From positions 1,536,001 through 1,600,000 of the forward strand of contig OY761611.1 of assembly GCA_963664875.1 (NCBI GenBank): a DNA stretch of 64,000 nt, written 5' to 3'. A program made the translations under genes and the position numbers. Numbering within the stretch: position 1 is the first letter of the stretch; every line of letters begins with the position of its first letter. Shown here in pieces: positions 50,382 to 59,594 of this stretch. Under the pieces are notes generated by a model that was not told the origin of the DNA, searched no databases, and saw only the letters and a list, made by a program, of their open reading frames with translations. This DNA is from Candidatus Kapaibacterium sp. (GTDB taxonomy: Bacteria > Bacteroidota > Ignavibacteria > Kapaibacteriales > UBA2268).

Positions 50382-50657
50382 ATGTCAAAAAGAGCAGTAG
50401 GCAAAGCAAGACAAAGGAGCTTGGATCTTAGCAAGGATACTCCCTCTAAAAAAGTGAAAGATGATGAGAACCTCGCTATTAATAAGCTTAGGAAAAAGCT
50501 GGCTCACAGCGGCACAATCGATGAGGCTTTTGAGCAGAAAGTATTGGAATTTAACAAGGCTTTACGCAAAAAGGCATCATACGAGATTTATGGTGTACTT
50601 CACACGATTATGACCGATGACGATAAAAAGGTAAAACGTTCTTATAGCTCAGATTGA
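50382..50657 (+). CDS. Small basic hypothetical protein
   Basis: ATG with upstream AGGCG, plausible composition. Overlaps the recQ 3' end by 16 bp. Confidence 0.5.
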   Translation: MSKRAVGKARQRSLDLSKDTPSKKVKDDENLAINKLRKKLAHSGTIDEAFEQKVLEFNKALRKKASYEIYGVLHTIMTDDDKKVKRSYSSD

Positions 50658-53260
50658 GCAATAGCGAAAAGCACTCGAAGCTCCGCAAATCCAATATTAA
50701 ATGAAAGATTAGATTTTACATCTTTCAGACTGATATTACTGGAATTCTGTGCAATTTTTTTTACTTCTTCAAATTTACTATCATCTACAAAGAGTCTGTA
50801 ATCAAGTTTCTCTCCGGCTATTATCATTTCCTGCAAATTAAAAGCTATTTTCCCCTCAGTGCTTCTTAGCTCTTTCGCAATTTCTGAAATAGGCATACCC
50901 TGCCTTGCAAGATTTATAGAAATAATAGCTTCTTGAGAGACATTAGGAGAATTTTCATTTGCCTTTTTATCAAAAAATTCTTTTATCTCAGTAAGAAACA
51001 TTTTGCCGTAATTCTCAACAAAATATATAGAGATTCCTACTATTTTAGTCAATTCTTCTATGCCACTCGGCACTTGCTCCGAAATTTTCCTTATAGCTAC
51101 ATCAGAAAGTATCCCTCTTGGCACGATTCCTTCTTTTCTTGCGATGTCATTTCGCAGACTTTTTAATTTGTCTGAGAGTTCTTTGGCTATTTCTTTTGTA
51201 ATCTTTTTCTTTTCAGGTAAATATGGTGTCGGCTTTCTGCCAATTTCTTTTATACCGTTTTCGCTGATTGAAAGCACAGGATACTGACCGGAATCTATAT
51301 CAATAAACCGTTTCATATATGCAGTTTCGATATTCCTCTTAATTTCCTCTACGGTAATATCTTTACACGCACCGAAATAATGTGCATTTTCCAGCTGAAA
51401 TGAAGTAATCTTAGATGTTTTATTTCCTTTAAGAAAATCCGTAATAACTGCTTTGCCAAATCTGCCATCCAACTCACCAATGCCGTAGAGTATCTGCATG
51501 ATGATAAACTTCTCTTTTTCGTGATTTATTAGACTTCCTGCTTTAGTTTGCGATGTGCAGGACGAACAGCGTCCACATAAATCAGGCTGCTTTTGCCCCT
51601 GAAAATATTCGAGTATAAAGTTTCTTTTGCAGCTTAGACTCTCTGCATACTGCACCATTGTCTCCATTTTTTTGAAAGCATGATTACGTCTCTCTTCCAA
51701 AGCTTTCAAGTCGAGAGGAAGTTTATTGATAGGCATTCTTTCTAAAGGGAGCATCATTCCGCCTGCCAGTCCTGCCTCACGGTAACGAATTACTCCTGAG
51801 ATTTGAAGTGCATTCAGAGAGCGTTTTAGTAGCTCGTCGCCAATATCATGCTTATTCATTAGTTCATGCAAATCTATTTCCTCCGGCTTGCTGAGTGCCT
51901 CGCTGCTTAGGCTCCTAAGCAAGGCTTCAAGCACAGTGCGGTTGTCATCATTTGTATTGGAATAATATTCTCTGATTCTTTCCTGAGTTTCCGTAAACTG
52001 CACTGTAGCTCGGCTGTGAAGAGAATTTTGCCTGACAATGTTGTGCCTTTCGAAAAGACTTATTACATTTTCTACTATAGTAAAAGCTATGCCTGACATG
52101 TTGGCAATAGAAATATTGCTGTGGACTATTGGGTTGTTTGTCTTATATCCGAAATCCACACCATGTATGTTGTAAAGAGCATCATATACTGATTGGATTT
52201 CTCTGTTAGTAGGATAATTCGTTTTGATAAAAAAGTTCATCAATTTGATGTCTTCCGGGTCGTACAGAAGATAACATTCTGCCGGCATTCCGTCTCTACC
52301 TGCCCTTCCTGCTTCCTGATAGTATCCCTCCAGAGTCAAAGTTAAATCATGGTGTATAACTTTCCTCACATTTGATTTGTCTATACCCATTCCAAAGGCA
52401 TTTGTAGCTACTATAACGGCATTTGTCTGCTTAATAAACCTATCTTGCACCTGCTGTCTCAGGTAATCCGGCAGACCTGCGTGGTAAGCTTCAGTTTTAA
52501 CACCATAAGCCAACAGCTGATTATTTATATTTTCTACTCTTTTCCTTGAAGCACAGTATATAACGACAGAGCCTTCTTTAGTTTCTTTGACTAAATCAAT
52601 AATTCTTTCTATCTTTTTGTTTGTGGTTATAGTTTTATAAGAAAGATTAGGGCGATCGAAACCTTTAACAAACCTGTTTACCTCATCCAGATCGAGGACT
52701 TTTACTATATCTTCCTGAACATCTTTTGTAGCAGTGGCAGTAAGAGCTATGATAGGCAAATCAGGCAAAATAGAGCGTATGTTCGCAATATTTTTATAAG
52801 CAGGTCGGAAATCATGCCCCCATTCCGAAATACAATGTGCCTCATCTACAGCAATAAACGAAATATTCATTTGTGCAAGTGTATTTATAAATAGCTTGCT
52901 TTCCAATCGCTCAGGTGCAATGTAAATAAGTGAATAGACTCCCGCCTCCGCCTTTTGAATCCTATGCATCAATTCCTGATAGGACAAGCTACTATTTATA
53001 TATGTTGCTGCTATACCTTTCTGATTGAGCGTATCGACCTGATCTTTCATCAGAGCTATCAGAGGTGAAACCACAATACAAGTACCGGGTTTGACTATAG
53101 CCGGCAATTGATAGCATATAGATTTGCCTCCTCCGGTCGGCATAACCGCTAAAGTGTTATGACCATTCAGAATTGAAATAATGATTTCTTCCTGACCCTC
53201 TCGGAAGGACTCATAGCCGAAGTATTTCTTTAGATATTTTGTTAGTAGATTAGTTGACAT
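50642..53260 (-). CDS. recQ: RecQ-family ATP-dependent DNA helicase (RQC, HRDC, C-terminal HTH)
   Basis: MPTGGGKSICYQLP, AVDEAHCISEWGHDFRP, ATNAFGMGIDK, YYQEAGRAGRDG, C..C zinc site. Confidence 0.93.
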   Translation of the reverse strand: MSTNLLTKYLKKYFGYESFREGQEEIIISILNGHNTLAVMPTGGGKSICYQLPAIVKPGTCIVVSPLIALMKDQVDTLNQKGIAATYINSSLSYQELMHRIQKAEAGVYSLIYIAPERLESKLFINTLAQMNISFIAVDEAHCISEWGHDFRPAYKNIANIRSILPDLPIIALTATATKDVQEDIVKVLDLDEVNRFVKGFDRPNLSYKTITTNKKIERIIDLVKETKEGSVVIYCASRKRVENINNQLLAYGVKTEAYHAGLPDYLRQQVQDRFIKQTNAVIVATNAFGMGIDKSNVRKVIHHDLTLTLEGYYQEAGRAGRDGMPAECYLLYDPEDIKLMNFFIKTNYPTNREIQSVYDALYNIHGVDFGYKTNNPIVHSNISIANMSGIAFTIVENVISLFERHNIVRQNSLHSRATVQFTETQERIREYYSNTNDDNRTVLEALLRSLSSEALSKPEEIDLHELMNKHDIGDELLKRSLNALQISGVIRYREAGLAGGMMLPLERMPINKLPLDLKALEERRNHAFKKMETMVQYAESLSCKRNFILEYFQGQKQPDLCGRCSSCTSQTKAGSLINHEKEKFIIMQILYGIGELDGRFGKAVITDFLKGNKTSKITSFQLENAHYFGACKDITVEEIKRNIETAYMKRFIDIDSGQYPVLSISENGIKEIGRKPTPYLPEKKKITKEIAKELSDKLKSLRNDIARKEGIVPRGILSDVAIRKISEQVPSGIEELTKIVGISIYFVENYGKMFLTEIKEFFDKKANENSPNVSQEAIISINLARQGMPISEIAKELRSTEGKIAFNLQEMIIAGEKLDYRLFVDDSKFEEVKKIAQNSSNISLKDVKSNLSFNIGFAELRVLFAIAQSEL

Positions 53261-53348
53261 ATCATAAGATTGCAAAGTAAAAAGACAGAAGAGCAATATA
53301 CTACAATTTGCCACAAAGGCAAGAACTATATAATTATCTCAATAATAT

Positions 53349-53393
53349 AAAAAAACAGACAGGAATGCATAAGTTCAGGCATAACTGTCTGTT
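53349..53393 (-). terminator. Intrinsic terminator
   Basis: AACAGACAG/CTGTCTGTT stem with an adjacent A tract. Confidence 0.65.
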
Positions 53394-53420
53394 GAAATTA
53401 TTTAGTATTTCAGACTTATC

Positions 53421-53912
53421 TTACAAATTGCCAGCCACAAAATAAGCCAATCCATCTTTAACATGAGCAGTACCTTTAAGTGCAAATTCTTTTTCACCTA
53501 CTATTTTGATTAGGCCTTTGCTTGCAAAATTACCGCCTGCATCCAAAACAATATATGCCTGTCCTTCTCCTACGAATACAAGCACTTTACCTGAATTTAC
53601 CAATGATTTTGCTTTTTGTGCATTAACTCTTCCGTCTCCGCCCATCGCTAAATCATCTAAACTTGCGACATAACCTTTCAAAGGCAGAGCATTGTAATCT
53701 CTTTCTGCAATCACTTCTTTTGTATTATCAACCTCAATTGATGCTTCTGACGCTGATTCGGTCTGTGTTGCTTCTGCTGCCGCATCAGTAGTAGTTGCTT
53801 GCTGCTCAGTAGCCGGAGCATCTTTAGCCGCATCTTGTTTTTCTTCTCCACAAGAGACAAGTAAAAAGCCTGCTACCAGACATACTAATAAATATTGCTT
53901 TATGTAATTCAT
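53421..53912 (-). CDS. Lipoprotein, paralog of the neighbouring gene
   Basis: Lipobox LLVSC, Ala/Thr/Glu linker, C-terminal domain sharing DAGGNFA with the 53954-54421 product. Confidence 0.8.
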   Translation of the reverse strand: MNYIKQYLLVCLVAGFLLVSCGEEKQDAAKDAPATEQQATTTDAAAEATQTESASEASIEVDNTKEVIAERDYNALPLKGYVASLDDLAMGGDGRVNAQKAKSLVNSGKVLVFVGEGQAYIVLDAGGNFASKGLIKIVGEKEFALKGTAHVKDGLAYFVAGNL

Positions 53913-53953
53913 GTCATTTCCTTATTTAATATTAAATCTCAAATCCGAATCAC

Positions 53954-54421
53954 TTAGATTGCATATATCCCGTTAGCGATGATATATTTTAAGCCTTTTA
54001 CAGTTTTCACTTTACCGGCTATACCGACTTTAGAAGCTTCAGCTAACTTAGCAAGTTTATTACCTGCGAAATTGCCACCTGCATCGAATACAAAATAAAT
54101 CACACCTTTTGACAAAAATGCAATTGGCTTGCCATAAGAAAGTAGATTTTCAGCAGTTGCTTTATCGATGCGACCGTTGCCACCTGTTAGCAAATTTTCA
54201 ACACTGATAACCTGACCTTCAAAATCAGCTTTAAATCCTGCCGGTGCTTTCGGCATATCGCTTGCAGGCTTGTCTGTATTTACAGCATCGACAGCAGCGG
54301 TTTTTGTTACAGTACTTGTTACTGCTTTTGTGCTCTGATTTGTATTGATATTAATCTGAGCAAAAACAAAACCTGCAGTTACAAGCAAAACTGCTAACAT
54401 AATTACGGCTCTTTTTAGCAT
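53954..54421 (-). CDS. Secreted protein, paralog of the neighbouring lipoprotein
   Basis: Signal peptide ending in VFA-Q, low-complexity linker, shared C-terminal domain. Confidence 0.8.
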   Translation of the reverse strand: MLKRAVIMLAVLLVTAGFVFAQININTNQSTKAVTSTVTKTAAVDAVNTDKPASDMPKAPAGFKADFEGQVISVENLLTGGNGRIDKATAENLLSYGKPIAFLSKGVIYFVFDAGGNFAGNKLAKLAEASKVGIAGKVKTVKGLKYIIANGIYAI

Positions 54422-54681
54422 AAAACATCTCCTTGTGACTTAAAATGAACATTTAGTTTCTTGCAAATATTCTATTCTTACTACATGTGTATTGTCGAAT
54501 AATTCCTGAGAATTATTGCTTTGCAAAATCTTGATAATACAATCAATCTATAGCAACTGAAATATAATTGCAATTTAGCTAATTATATGAAATAATCACT
54601 TAATAATCAACACAAATATCGGATTCGACTATATTTTTACAATAATCCTTTTTAGTGACATCGGAACAGACTCGTATAAAT

Positions 54682-54703
54682 AAAAAACCTCCCCGAAGGG
54701 AGG
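54682..54703 (-). terminator. Intrinsic terminator (UUCG tetraloop)
   Basis: Minus strand CCTCCC-TTCG-GGGAGG-TTTTTT. Confidence 0.9.
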
Positions 54704-54739
54704 CTTTCTAATTGTACTGTCAATATGAGATATTGTTTT

Positions 54740-57700
54740 TTATTTTACAAGAATCATAGCTTTAGCTGCTGCTGCACCTTCCGTTTCTACTGTGTAGAAA
54801 TAAGTGCCGCTGCTTAGGTTATAAGCTGATGCATCCAAATCTATTCTGTTTTCACCGGCTACTGCCTGTCCGTCGAAGATTACAGCCAATTTACGTCCGT
54901 TTGCATCTGTCAATGTTACTTTTACATTTGCTGCAGTTGGTACGTTAAATTTGATTGTTGTAGAAGTTTCAAACGGGTTAGGTTCGTTGCCAAGTAATTC
55001 ATAGCCGCTACCTGCTTGTGCAAATACGCCTGTGTTTGTTTTCTTAGTTACTGTTACCTTAGAAACATCAGACATTCTATCACCGCAGTCATTTGTAGCT
55101 ACGCAGTAGTATTCGCCTGCATCTGCATATTTCACTACGTCAACAGTATAAATTGCTTCTGTAGCACCGGCGATAGCTGCACCGTCTTTGTACCATTGGT
55201 ATGCAAGGTCGCTTTCGCTGTCAACCATAACTTCCAATGTCAATACTGCATCTGTTTCTACTGTTACGTCTGCTTCAGGAACAACTGTGAATATAGGAAG
55301 TAAGTTTACATCTAATACTGCATCTTTTGAGCTTGCAGATTCATTTGTTCCGTTCAAAGTAGCAACTACATGGTAATCACCTGCATGAGCCGGCATTACA
55401 TTTGTAACAAGCAATTTGTTTGTAGTAGCACCACTGATTTCGCCACCATCTGTTAATGCTGTTCCGTTGAAATACCATTGGTAATCAACTGTGATAGTAG
55501 GATCTGTAGAAAGTGCACTTACTTCAAATGTAGCGTCACTGCCTTCGCAAGCGTCTTTATCCATTGGGTTCATTGTTATTGATACAGTAGGTACGTCGCT
55601 AATAGATACTCTTACTGATTCGTCAGTGCCGCATTGACCTTTTACGATTACATAGTAATCATTTGACAAGTCTGACATTTCTACATTGTTGATAGTTAGC
55701 AATGAAGAATGAGCACCTTGGATTCTGCCGTTATCTTCTAATTTCATAGTTCCTTTGTACCATTGGAAATCATGTTGGTAGTATGGAGGAACTAAGCCTT
55801 TCATGTGTGCTTCTACTGATAATGTAGCTGTTTCGCCAAGAGCAACTTGAACTGCTTCTGGTTGACGAGTAATTTTTGTTTCCTGCATTACATAAAGTAT
55901 AGCTGATTCACTTGTGAAAGTCAATTCGCCACGGCAGTCTTCTACTGCTATTTCGCAATAGTATTGACCTACGTTGTCAAGATTTGCATTGTTGATGATA
56001 AGCATTGCATCGTCTGCATATTCGTTTTCTGTGATGCTGATGCGTTTGCCGTCTTTATACCATTGGTATCCATGAATTTCACCAAGACCATTGCCGATAA
56101 CTGAGAAGTGTACTTCTTCGCCACCGCAAATTACTTGTGATTCAGGATTTTCAACTAATTCGAATGTTGGAGGTACGATAAATTCTACAGCTTCTGTAAA
56201 TACTTCCAAATCGTAACATTCTGCATTACCCATAACTTTACATCTGTAACCACCGGAGTTAGTTTCATCTACGTTTGTAAGTTTGAAGTTTTGAGTTACT
56301 GCAGTTGGATTTTCCTGTGCTGTAATGTTGTACCACTGACCACCTTGGTATTTCTGCCATTGGTAGCCACGAACAGTACCCTGAGCTTCTGCGTAGAATT
56401 CTAAGTCCATACCGCCGCAAAGGTTTTCAGGTTCGAAATAATATTCCATTTTTTCTTCAGTAATAGGCAAATAAAGCTCTACTTCTGTTTCTGTATCTGT
56501 GTAAAGCACTGAAGGGTATTTAGGTTCGCAAAGTTCGTCGCCGACAACTTTGGCACGATATTTACCATCAGCTTCTGCTTTTGTTAATTCAGTGAAATCA
56601 AGTACAAATGTATGACCTACGGCACCTTCGATATCAGTCCACATACCATCGATTTCTTTCTGCCATTGTACACCAAAAGCATTTGTAGTTTCTACACTTA
56701 AAGTCAAATCGTGGAAACCTTCGCAACCGATGTAGCTTTCTACCATGCTTTCGCTAACGATATGAACAGGTTCAACTACATTGATAGTTTTAGTTGAAGT
56801 AGCAATTGGTTCTAAATCCATAGCCCAGAAAGTAGCGTGGTAGTCACCTGCATTTTCTACTGTAAGGTCGTTTATAATTAGACGACTTCCGCTGATAGTG
56901 TAATTATCTATATCAGTATCTACTATTGGAAGACCATTTTTGTACCATTGAGTTTGAACCGCATTGCCAAGAGTTCTTTCGATACCATCATCAAACTGAC
57001 CGCCTGCTCCAAAGATGAATTGTACCTGCTGTGTACCTTCGCAAAGACCTTCAGGTCTGTCAGGGTCAACAATTAAATCAGTAGTAAGAGATAGGCTAAA
57101 GCTTGTAATGTCAACACCCATTCTGTTATTTGCAGCTGTTCTTGTTTCGCCGTCAATATCAGTAGGAATAGAAACTGCTGTGATTGGAGGGCATAGAACA
57201 TCATCACTTATTGCTCCGCCACCATCAATGTGCAAATCAGGAGTCAAAGTAACTTCCATTGATGTAGAATTATCACCAAATCCGGCTGCTTGCCAAGAAT
57301 CCAAGTATGGGTATGTTGTGCTGGTTTCCCAATTATATGCTATAGAGCCAAGAGGAGCATATAAAAGATTATAATCAGCATCTGCTAAAGATGTTGTTCC
57401 TGTATATCCATCGTTACCTGCAAGGTAGATACAGTATGTTTCAGTACCACTACCAACCATTTCGTTGACCAAAATGTTGTTTTTGATAATGTGCCCACTT
57501 GAGTTTGCATAGTAGCCACCAAGAGTTATACAAGAAGAGAACGCACCTTGCACACCACCTGCTGTAAATGGTCTATTCATGTGAATTGTGTTTTGATAGA
57601 TTTCCAAATCACTTGCCTGGTAGCACATGATACCAGATACTGCATAATAATAGTAGTTATAAGATCCTGATGAGTAATTTGCACTTCTTCCATAAATATC

Positions 57701-58978
57701 AGACATTCTGTTGTGATATATTTTTTGTCTGTCAGAACCCTTTGTTGAGTTACCATACAAGTATATACCAGCAGTATAACCTGCAGTTGAACCTGTACCT
57801 TCATACATATTTTCAATATGGTGAATGTAGTTATCATGAATCAAGCAAGGATCCATGTAGTACATATAAATACCAATAATTGAAGAAGTTGAAGTAGTAG
57901 AGTAACGTTTTGAAACATTATAAATCTCATTGTGGTGAATATCGTAGCTACCATAAGTAGCTGTGGAAGAACTATATAAGTACATTCCATAATAAGTAAT
58001 ATCATGGATAGTGTTGTATCCCACGTTGATATAATCATCACTATCATTGTAGTATAAGTACATACCATAAGAAACTTGAGAAATATCATTGTGCTCAATA
58101 TTTACAGAACCGGTGTTGTATCTGATATACATACCATAATATGGATAATATGCTGTTGTACTGTAAGTTGATGAGCCTTTGATTTTATTATTAGTTGAAG
58201 TTAAATTGTCAGCATAGCTTGCATAGTATCCATAGTACATGTATCCACCTTCAACATCTATGTTGTTGTTATCCATCACCAAATTTCGAGTGTAGTAAGT
58301 GTAGATACCATAATACATATATGGTGCATCCAAGTCATTACTTGAAATTGTGATATTTTCTTGTCTTGTCGCAGACTGTCCATAAATATAAAAACCATAA
58401 TAAGCTTTGTCAAAAAGGTTATTGTGAATGGTAATGTTATCAGAATAACCATCTGAGTAGTACATTCTAATACCATAAGAACTAGATGGGTTACCAGTCA
58501 ATGCACCTGCAGAAATTCTACAGTTTTGCACTGTAACTCCGTCATTTGAACCTTTGAATTTGACACCAACGGAAGTGTTAACTGTGTGATGAATCCAGAG
58601 GCTACGGTCAGTCCCTTCTCCGCCCTGGCTACCATCTAATACAACATTTGAGCATCCGTTAAATTCGATAATACCATTTGTACCACCAAATGAACCCTGA
58701 ATAGTATATTCACCTGTCGGGTAAATAGTTACAGAGCCGGAAGTGCCGAATGAATTAAGAGTAGCTGATGCCGTAAGCGTTTGGTCGCTTATGATTTGCA
58801 ACACTACATCACCGCTGACACCATTCGAGTTGATTGCATCAAATGCTAATTTGATATCAGCATAATCACCACCGGTACCTACTGTTTTTGTACCGGAAAC
58901 TGCTGTTTGCGCAAGTGCCTGAGCTGCAAGTAGTGCAGTCATAGCAAAAATTGAGAAGATAAAGTAGAAACGCTTCAT
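54740..58978 (-). CDS. Giant T9SS-secreted protein: Tyr-rich right-handed beta-helix, 7 Ig-like domains, T9SS CTD (paralog A)
   Basis: Signal peptide, SGTKTVGTGGDY cap, (I)xxNxI / YGxYxY beta-helix repeats, seven QW(Y/Q)(K/F) Ig repeats, NEPNPFETSTTIKF...LSSGTYFY...KAMILVK. Confidence 0.88.
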   Translation of the reverse strand: MKRFYFIFSIFAMTALLAAQALAQTAVSGTKTVGTGGDYADIKLAFDAINSNGVSGDVVLQIISDQTLTASATLNSFGTSGSVTIYPTGEYTIQGSFGGTNGIIEFNGCSNVVLDGSQGGEGTDRSLWIHHTVNTSVGVKFKGSNDGVTVQNCRISAGALTGNPSSSYGIRMYYSDGYSDNITIHNNLFDKAYYGFYIYGQSATRQENITISSNDLDAPYMYYGIYTYYTRNLVMDNNNIDVEGGYMYYGYYASYADNLTSTNNKIKGSSTYSTTAYYPYYGMYIRYNTGSVNIEHNDISQVSYGMYLYYNDSDDYINVGYNTIHDITYYGMYLYSSSTATYGSYDIHHNEIYNVSKRYSTTSTSSIIGIYMYYMDPCLIHDNYIHHIENMYEGTGSTAGYTAGIYLYGNSTKGSDRQKIYHNRMSDIYGRSANYSSGSYNYYYYAVSGIMCYQASDLEIYQNTIHMNRPFTAGGVQGAFSSCITLGGYYANSSGHIIKNNILVNEMVGSGTETYCIYLAGNDGYTGTTSLADADYNLLYAPLGSIAYNWETSTTYPYLDSWQAAGFGDNSTSMEVTLTPDLHIDGGGAISDDVLCPPITAVSIPTDIDGETRTAANNRMGVDITSFSLSLTTDLIVDPDRPEGLCEGTQQVQFIFGAGGQFDDGIERTLGNAVQTQWYKNGLPIVDTDIDNYTISGSRLIINDLTVENAGDYHATFWAMDLEPIATSTKTINVVEPVHIVSESMVESYIGCEGFHDLTLSVETTNAFGVQWQKEIDGMWTDIEGAVGHTFVLDFTELTKAEADGKYRAKVVGDELCEPKYPSVLYTDTETEVELYLPITEEKMEYYFEPENLCGGMDLEFYAEAQGTVRGYQWQKYQGGQWYNITAQENPTAVTQNFKLTNVDETNSGGYRCKVMGNAECYDLEVFTEAVEFIVPPTFELVENPESQVICGGEEVHFSVIGNGLGEIHGYQWYKDGKRISITENEYADDAMLIINNANLDNVGQYYCEIAVEDCRGELTFTSESAILYVMQETKITRQPEAVQVALGETATLSVEAHMKGLVPPYYQHDFQWYKGTMKLEDNGRIQGAHSSLLTINNVEMSDLSNDYYVIVKGQCGTDESVRVSISDVPTVSITMNPMDKDACEGSDATFEVSALSTDPTITVDYQWYFNGTALTDGGEISGATTNKLLVTNVMPAHAGDYHVVATLNGTNESASSKDAVLDVNLLPIFTVVPEADVTVETDAVLTLEVMVDSESDLAYQWYKDGAAIAGATEAIYTVDVVKYADAGEYYCVATNDCGDRMSDVSKVTVTKKTNTGVFAQAGSGYELLGNEPNPFETSTTIKFNVPTAANVKVTLTDANGRKLAVIFDGQAVAGENRIDLDASAYNLSSGTYFYTVETEGAAAAKAMILVK

Positions 58979-59048
58979 TACGTTCTCCGATTAGTGTGAG
59001 TAATAATATTTTATTTCTTTAACATAACCTTGATTTCACTATTTCTGT

Positions 59049-59085
59049 CAATATAAGACTAATTGTTTTAAAATGCAACGTTACA
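59049..59085 (-). promoter_or_regulatory. Putative sigma70 promoter with overlapping palindrome (paralog A)
   Basis: Minus strand TTGCAT (59073-59078), 17 bp, TATATT(G) (59049-59055). Near-palindrome TGCAACGTTACA at 59074-59085. Conserved upstream of paralog B. Confidence 0.6.
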
Positions 59086-59528
59086 AAGTCGATTTTTATT
59101 ATATATTTTTTTCGTTTTTATTGTCTCCAAAGATTTATAGCTACTAATTTTTGTAATTCACACAAATTGTAGAGACTTTTTTTTGCAATTATTATGTTAT
59201 TTTTGATTTTCTATCAAGCTGTTATTTCAATATTATAAACATACTCTGATTGCTCATATATAGCTCTAAATATAGCTATATAAGTACTTATATTGTCATT
59301 ATTTTTATTTTTCAAAGCTTTATTAGACAGATATTTCTCAAATCACTTTCTTTAATAGACCTCATATTTGTATATTTAGTGTAGAATATCTATTTTATTC
59401 AATACTTTTTTGCTACAATAGGTATGTTACTTAGCTAAATTATTTTTTTATAGAAATTTTTGATTTTTTTTGATTCCGATTGCAGATATGTTTACTTGGC
59501 AGTCATTTTGGATAATTAGAGTGAGGGC

Positions 59529-59553
59529 AAAAAAAAACCTCCCCGAAGGGAGG
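59529..59553 (-). terminator. Intrinsic terminator (UUCG tetraloop), same hairpin as 54682-54703
   Basis: Minus strand CCTCCC-TTCG-GGGAGG-T9. Confidence 0.9.
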
Positions 59554-59594
59554 TCTTTGTAAGTGTATTGTCGTATCAATAAGAGAGAATATTC

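Noticed and set aside
58979-59594. Invertible promoter or recombinase site between the tandem paralogs
   Set aside because: No flanking inverted repeats of convincing length and no recombinase gene in the window.
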